A DNA stretch of 32,000 nt, from positions 180,001-212,000 of the forward strand of contig NZ_CP059199.1 of assembly GCF_014251775.1 (NCBI RefSeq), given 5' to 3'. Below are positions 27,302 through 32,000 of the stretch, piece after piece. The stretch is from Candidatus Saccharimonadota bacterium (lineage in GTDB: Bacteria > Bacteroidota > Bacteroidia > Flavobacteriales > Blattabacteriaceae). The notes under the pieces are model-generated. The model saw only the letters and a program-made list of their open reading frames with translations. It searched no databases and had not been told where the DNA came from. A program made the translations under genes and the position numbers. Numbering within the stretch: the stretch's first letter is position 1; every line of letters starts with the position of its first letter.

Positions 27302-28091
27302 TTTGATAAAATCTTTCTAATGAATTCATAAAAATTTTACACATTTTTCCTGGATTTTTATGTTTCATAAAATATTCTCCAATTAAAAAACCTTTAAATC
27401 CTACTTTTTTATATTTAAAAATATTTTCTACATTATTTATTCCACTTTCTGCAATTTTTATATAACTATTAGGAATTTTTGAATATAATTCTAGACAATT
27501 ATTTTCATTTACTATAAAAGATTTTAAATTACGATTATTAATTCCTATTAAATCTATATCATCGGTGATTTTTTCTATTTCGTTTTCATTATGAATTTCT
27601 AATATTACTTCTAATCCAATAGATTTTGCAATTTTAGATAAATTTTTTATTTCTTTTAAAGAAAGAATATTTGCTATTAATAAAATAGCATCAGATCCTA
27701 TAGATTTAGATTCAATAACTTGATATTCATCAATAATAAAATCTTTTCTTAAAATAGGAATAGAAATTAAATATCGTGATTTTTTTATATTTTCATTAGA
27801 TCCTAAAAAATGATAATCTGTTAAAATAGATATTCCACTTACTTTTGCAGCTTCATATCCTTTTATTACTTCTTCTAATGAAGAATTTGAATTTATAATT
27901 CCCTTAGATGGAGATTTTAATTTAAATTCAGCAATAATTCCATACTTACTATTTTCTATATTTTTTTTTAATGATAGTATATCTCTTCTAAAAAAAGAAC
28001 TATTTTCTAATTTTTTTATAGATATAGAATTTTTTTTTTTTTTTATTTCTTTTTTTTTTTTATGAACTATTTTTTCAATAATATTTATCAT
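27288..28091 (-). CDS. trpC: indole-3-glycerol phosphate synthase
   Basis: 267 aa. IIAEFKLKSPSKG, ISILTD, LRKDFIIDEYQV and GINNRNLKSF. Its end overlaps the trpF start by 14 nt. Confidence 0.95.
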   Translation of the reverse strand: MINIIEKIVHKKKKEIKKKKNSISIKKLENSSFFRRDILSLKKNIENSKYGIIAEFKLKSPSKGIINSNSSLEEVIKGYEAAKVSGISILTDYHFLGSNENIKKSRYLISIPILRKDFIIDEYQVIESKSIGSDAILLIANILSLKEIKNLSKIAKSIGLEVILEIHNENEIEKITDDIDLIGINNRNLKSFIVNENNCLELYSKIPNSYIKIAESGINNVENIFKYKKVGFKGFLIGEYFMKHKNPGKMCKIFMNSLERFYQNEIQ

Positions 28092-29080
28092 AAACTTAAT
28101 AAGTTTCTAAGAATTTTTTTAGCATTTCCACTTTCTAAAGAATATTTTGCTTTACTATAATTAGTATCAAAATCATTAGAATTTAATAAATTCAATGCAA
28201 ATGTGGCATTTATCAAAACTACTTCCGTTTGAGTAACGGTTCCTTCACCAGATAAAATATTTATAAAAATTTTAATATTTTCTTTTATATTTTTTCCTCC
28301 TATTAAATCATTTGGATTGATTATTATTTTATTCTTATTCAATTCTTCTATATAATAATATCTTTCATTTTGTTTAGTATAACATTTTACATGACTGGTC
28401 AGTGTTATCTCATCATATCCATCTAAACTATGAATAATAGCATAATTATTTTCTATATTTTGATATAAATAATTATACATTCTTGCTAATTCTAAACTAT
28501 TAACTCCTAATAGTAAATTTTTAATATTGGCTGGATTTAATAATGGACCAAGAGCATTAAAAATCGTCCTAGTTCCAAATTTTTTTCTATTAATAGATAT
28601 TTTATTTAAAATAGGATGAAACATAGGTGCATGTAAATAACAAAATCCTACTTTATTTAATTGATTTTTTAATTCTTCTTCTTTATTCGTAAAATTATAT
28701 CCTAATTCTTCAAATATATTGGATGATCCAGTTATAGATGACGAACTGAAATTACCATGTTTTATTACTTTTTCTCCAGCTCCTGCTACAATAAAACTGG
28801 CAATCGTAGAAATATTAAATGTATTTTTTTGATCTCCACCAGTTCCAACAATATCAATTGCATTAAATTCTTTTAGATTAACTTTAATAGATAAATCATT
28901 CATAGCTTGATAAAAACCTAATAATTCTTCTATTGTTGGATTTCTCATATTATAAATTGAAGCTATTGCAATTATTTGAACATCATTGATTTTTCCTTTT
29001 GAAATATCTATTATTAATTTTTTAGCTTCATTTTTTGTTAAAGTTTCTTCTAAAAAAAGACGTTCTAACACTCTATTCAT
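28088..29080 (-). CDS. trpD: anthranilate phosphoribosyltransferase
   Basis: 330 aa. DIVGTGGDQKNTFNIST, KHGNFSSSS and NALGPLLNP. Confidence 0.95.
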   Translation of the reverse strand: MNRVLERLFLEETLTKNEAKKLIIDISKGKINDVQIIAIASIYNMRNPTIEELLGFYQAMNDLSIKVNLKEFNAIDIVGTGGDQKNTFNISTIASFIVAGAGEKVIKHGNFSSSSITGSSNIFEELGYNFTNKEEELKNQLNKVGFCYLHAPMFHPILNKISINRKKFGTRTIFNALGPLLNPANIKNLLLGVNSLELARMYNYLYQNIENNYAIIHSLDGYDEITLTSHVKCYTKQNERYYYIEELNKNKIIINPNDLIGGKNIKENIKIFINILSGEGTVTQTEVVLINATFALNLLNSNDFDTNYSKAKYSLESGNAKKILRNLLSL

Positions 29081-29654
29081 TTTTATTTAACCAATTACAT
29101 ATTATTTTTTCTCCATATGGTGTTAAAATCGATTCTGGATGAAATTGTACGCCACGTACATCATAAATTTTATGGCGTAAAGCCATAATTTCTCCATTAT
29201 TTCCGATAGCTGTTATTTGAAGCTCTTTTGGAAAATTATATGGAGAAATTATCCAAGAATGATAACGTCCTACTTGAATTTTATTCGGAATTTTTTTAAA
29301 TATTATTTCTTTTGGATCTACAATTTTTATAAAACTAGATATCCCATGATAAACCTTTTTAGTATTAAGTAGAGTCGCTCCAAACACCTCCCCTATAGCT
29401 TGTTGTCCTAGACAAACTCCAAAAATACTTTTAGTAGAAGCAAAATTCTTAATTAAAGGTTTTAAAATATTAGCTTCATTAGGAATACCTGGTCCTGGAG
29501 ATAATATAATTTTATTATATTTTTCTATATCTGCAAGATCAATTTCATTATTTCTACATACTTGAACAAAATTTTTAGTGTATTTTTTTACAGTATATAC
29601 AAGATTATAGGTAAAAGAATCATAATTATCTAAAATTAATATTTTATTCATCAT
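29073..29654 (-). CDS. trpG: anthranilate synthase component II (glutamine amidotransferase)
   Basis: 193 aa. ILILDNYDSFTYNL, GVCLGQQAI (Cys nucleophile) and GVQFHPESI. The start ATGATG overlaps the trpE TGA stop (ATGA). Confidence 0.95.
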   Translation of the reverse strand: MMNKILILDNYDSFTYNLVYTVKKYTKNFVQVCRNNEIDLADIEKYNKIILSPGPGIPNEANILKPLIKNFASTKSIFGVCLGQQAIGEVFGATLLNTKKVYHGISSFIKIVDPKEIIFKKIPNKIQVGRYHSWIISPYNFPKELQITAIGNNGEIMALRHKIYDVRGVQFHPESILTPYGEKIICNWLNKNE

Positions 29655-31144
29655 ATATTTTTAGCTAAATCTATAGATTTAAATAATGCCATTAATTTAT
29701 TATCTACTTCTTCTAATTCTTTTCTTTCTTTTGAATTTGAAACTATTCCTGCACCTGCTTGAAAAAAAAGAGTATTATTTTTACTAATAAAAGATCTAAT
29801 TATAATAGCAGTATTTAGAAATGAATTATTTATTCCAAATAAACCTATAGCCCCTCCGTATACTCCTCTATTTTGATTTTCTATTTTATCAATTAATTCC
29901 ATTGCTTTATATTTAGGAGCACCTGAAAGTGTACCAGATGGAAATGTATCTGTAAATATTTTTATAATGGATATATTTTTATCTATTTCTCCAGAAACTT
30001 GAGAAACCATATGCAAAACATGAGAAAATTTTTGAATTTTTTTTAAAAAATCTACTTTTACATTAGAAGAATTTTTACTTAAATCATTTCTAGCTAAATC
30101 TACTAACATAACATGTTCAGCATTTTCTTTGGGATCTTTACTAAGATTTTGAGATAATTGATCATTATTACTTTCATTTGATCTTTTAATTGTACCTGCT
30201 ATAGGATTTATATAAGCAATATTATTATATATAACTAATTGTGATTCTGGAGAAGATCCGAATATTTTATAGTATCCATAATCAAAATAAAAAAGATAAG
30301 GAGAGGGATTAATAAATCGTAAAGCTCTATAAACATTAAATTCATCTCCTTTAAATTTTTGTTGAAACTGACGAGATAATACTATTTGGAAAACATTCCC
30401 TCTTAAACACGCATTTATTCCTTTCGATACCATTCTTATATATTCATTATCTGTAAGATTAGAAGTTATATAGTCTACAGTACTAAATGGAAAAAAATGA
30501 AAATTCCTTTTTTCTATCAATTTAACTAATTGATCTATGTAAGTTTTTTCTTCAGTATTTTGAAATTGGTGTTCAACTATATAAAGTTCATTATAGGAAT
30601 GATTAAATATTACCAAATTCTTATAAAAACCTAATCTTATTTTAGGTAAATCATGAAATTTTTTTATTGGAACATAAAATTTTATTTTTTCAAAATATTG
30701 AATGCTATCATACGATATATATCCATATAAACCAATATAATAATTGATAAAATCATTACTAAATTCACATTTATTTTGAAAATTTTCAAAATAATTTTGT
30801 ATTATATTATTAACATTAAATTTATCATTTATAAAAATATGTTTAGTAACGTTATTCGGATATGATATTTTCAATACATCTTGTTCCAAAATCAATTCAG
30901 ATATTGGATTAATACAAATAATAGAGGAATTTTCTTGTGGACTATTAAATTTTTTGTTGTTATTGTAATAATAGCAACTAGAAAATTCTAATAATAATGT
31001 ATTTGGAAATACATCTCTCAACTTTAAATATAATTCTACTGGTGTAGTACTATCACTCAGTATTTTTTTCTGAATAGTTTTAAAATTAAATTTCAACATT
31101 ATATTGTTGCATTTTTTCATTAAAATAAATAATGATGACAACAA
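29651..31144 (-). CDS. trpE: anthranilate synthase component I
   Basis: TTPVELYLKLRD, PSPYLFYF, GTLSGAPK and GVYGGAIG. The track start (31144) gives an odd hydrophobic extension, MLSSLFILMKKCNNI. In-frame ATGs at 31120 (MKKCNN) or 31099 (MLKFNFKTIQKK) are equally or more plausible true starts. Confidence 0.9.
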   Translation of the reverse strand: MLSSLFILMKKCNNIMLKFNFKTIQKKILSDSTTPVELYLKLRDVFPNTLLLEFSSCYYYNNNKKFNSPQENSSIICINPISELILEQDVLKISYPNNVTKHIFINDKFNVNNIIQNYFENFQNKCEFSNDFINYYIGLYGYISYDSIQYFEKIKFYVPIKKFHDLPKIRLGFYKNLVIFNHSYNELYIVEHQFQNTEEKTYIDQLVKLIEKRNFHFFPFSTVDYITSNLTDNEYIRMVSKGINACLRGNVFQIVLSRQFQQKFKGDEFNVYRALRFINPSPYLFYFDYGYYKIFGSSPESQLVIYNNIAYINPIAGTIKRSNESNNDQLSQNLSKDPKENAEHVMLVDLARNDLSKNSSNVKVDFLKKIQKFSHVLHMVSQVSGEIDKNISIIKIFTDTFPSGTLSGAPKYKAMELIDKIENQNRGVYGGAIGLFGINNSFLNTAIIIRSFISKNNTLFFQAGAGIVSNSKERKELEEVDNKLMALFKSIDLAKNI

Positions 31145-31355
31145 AAACTGATTTTGTTTTGTATAATCAAAGATTATTTATATTTATTTTAGTTGAATAA
31201 TATTCTAGATTAGATTGATAGATTTATTTTCAATTTAATTTTCATTAAAATGTTTTCTATTTTCTAAATAAATAGTTAAAAAACATTAACTAAATATATA
31301 TATAAACTATATAATTTTTGTTAAATTAATTACATTTACCTTATTTAATTATATG

Positions 31356-31376
31356 CAAATATATAAAACAAATATA
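31356..31376 (-). promoter_or_regulatory. two tandem candidate -7 boxes (TATATTTG x2, 13 bp apart) upstream of the trp operon
   Basis: The plus strand reads CAAATATA at 31356-31363 and again at 31369-31376, each TATATTTG on the minus strand. They lie 211 nt or more upstream of the longest possible trpE start. Confidence 0.3.
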
Positions 31377-31476
31377 CAAATTTTTTATCTCATTTAATTT
31401 AATAAAATTACTTAATTATTAAGTTGTAAAAATTTATTTCAATTATTGAATTTTTTTCATAAAAAAATTATTAAAT

Positions 31477-31484
31477 TATATTTG
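31477..31484 (+). promoter_or_regulatory. candidate -7 promoter box (TATATTTG) for gcvH
   Basis: Exact TATATTTG, 17 nt upstream of the gcvH ATG. Confidence 0.35.
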
Positions 31485-31501
31485 TTTTCAAGTTACTTAC
31501 A

Positions 31502-31909
31502 ATGAATCCTAATAATTTAAAATATAGTAAAAATCATGAATGGGTAGGTATCATTAATATTCATAAAATTGATGATAATAAAAAAATAGAAGCTTATGTA
31601 GGAGTTAGTTTATTTGCTCAAAAAGAATTAGGCGATATTATTTTTATTGATATTGAAAAATCAATTGTCAAAAAAAACATGAAAGAAGGAGAAATTTTTG
31701 GAACAATAGAAGCAGTAAAAACTGTTTCGGATTTATTTATTCCTATTTCTTGTACCATACTTGATATCAATAAAAAAACTTTATCTAATCCAGAATTAAT
31801 TAATAAAAATCCATATGAAAATTGGATTATAAAAATACAAATTAAAAATATTGATGAATATAATACATTAATGTCCTTAATAGAATATGAAAAATATTTG
31901 AAAATATAA
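31502..31909 (+). CDS. gcvH: glycine cleavage system H protein (lipoyl carrier)
   Basis: 135 aa. YSKNHEWV, FAQKELGDIIFID and the lipoyl-lysine motif EAVKTVSDL. No gcvT or gcvP lies next to it in the window. Confidence 0.9.
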   Translation: MNPNNLKYSKNHEWVGIINIHKIDDNKKIEAYVGVSLFAQKELGDIIFIDIEKSIVKKNMKEGEIFGTIEAVKTVSDLFIPISCTILDINKKTLSNPELINKNPYENWIIKIQIKNIDEYNTLMSLIEYEKYLKI

Positions 31910-32000
31910 TTATGGAATCATTTTTTTAATATTGATTTATCAAATCATGAAATGAAATATGAAAAAAAATATATCTTATGATTTTCTAGATGAAAAAAAA

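Noticed and set aside
29651-29653. Possibility of UGA recoding (an alternative genetic code), as in some tiny symbiont genomes
   Set aside because: trpE ends at a TGA exactly where homologues end, and that TGA overlaps the trpG ATG. Conserved Trp positions are encoded by TGG, for example in trpB and valS. All ORFs have normal lengths under the standard bacterial code.
31145-31355. Possible tryptophan leader peptide, TRAP-site or T-box in the trp leader
   Set aside because: The mini-ORFs (MFFNYLFRK*, MKIKLKINLSI*) lack Trp codons. I saw no series of spaced GAG/UAG triplets beyond the short TAGAT cluster, and no T-box-like conserved 14-mer. The only hairpin noticed (AGTTAA-TGTTTT-TTAACT) is a 6-bp A/T-only stem.
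31959-32000. Possible start of a plus-strand CDS at the window edge (ATG AAA AAA AAT ATA TCT TAT GAT TTT CTA GAT GAA AAA AAA = MKKNISYDFLDEKK...)
   Set aside because: Only 14 codons are visible and no motif can be assessed. Neighbouring ATGs at 31912, 31947 and 31952 hit stops quickly, so this is the only open candidate, but it is unsupported.
1-32000. Search for CRISPR arrays, IS or transposase remnants, integrases, phage genes, toxin-antitoxin or defence systems, and long direct or inverted repeats
   Set aside because: None were seen. All ORFs over 100 aa are assigned to conserved housekeeping or biosynthetic families. The non-coding DNA totals about 1.5 kb in short spacers, with no repeat-spacer periodicity.

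Overview
This window is extremely AT-rich (about 20-25% GC by eye, not computed) and very gene-dense. By my tally only about 1.5 kb, roughly 5%, is non-coding.

Every long ORF is a recognisable housekeeping or biosynthetic gene:
- A complete histidine operon on the minus strand: hisG-D-C-B-H-A-F-IE, 13892-21119.
- A complete tryptophan operon on the minus strand: trpE-G-D-C-F-B-A, 24746-31144.
- Folate and one-carbon genes: folA, metF, folD, gcvH.
- Two aminoacyl-tRNA synthetases: valS, serS.
- 2-oxoacid dehydrogenase E1 genes.
- ilvE, ndk, rsmA, xth, tilS, yggS and one tRNA-Lys(UUU).
- A LemA/TPM membrane-protein pair.

Several features point to a genome-reduced Flavobacteriales (Bacteroidota) nutritional endosymbiont of an insect, Blattabacterium-like or a relative. 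These are the fused E1 alpha/beta gene, the bifunctional hisB, the fused hisIE, the absence of Shine-Dalgarno sequences, and recurring TAnnTTTG (-7) promoter boxes. Having both his and trp argues against typical Sulcia. I cannot name the species from sequence alone.

I found no mobile elements, CRISPR arrays, defence genes, toxin-antitoxin genes or orphan ORFs. I see no convincing evidence of a novel multi-gene system here.

The observations most worth a second look are:
- aroK is broken by a frameshift inside an A11 tract. This is either a slippage-rescue candidate or a homopolymer sequencing error.
- A strong terminator-like hairpin sits in the his leader.
- The exact octamer TATATTTG recurs upstream of genes.
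- Clustered TAGAT repeats lie upstream of both amino-acid operons.
- A 357-bp non-coding spacer lies upstream of trpE.

ORF coordinates come from the supplied track unless stated. Product calls rest on motifs I read in the translations.
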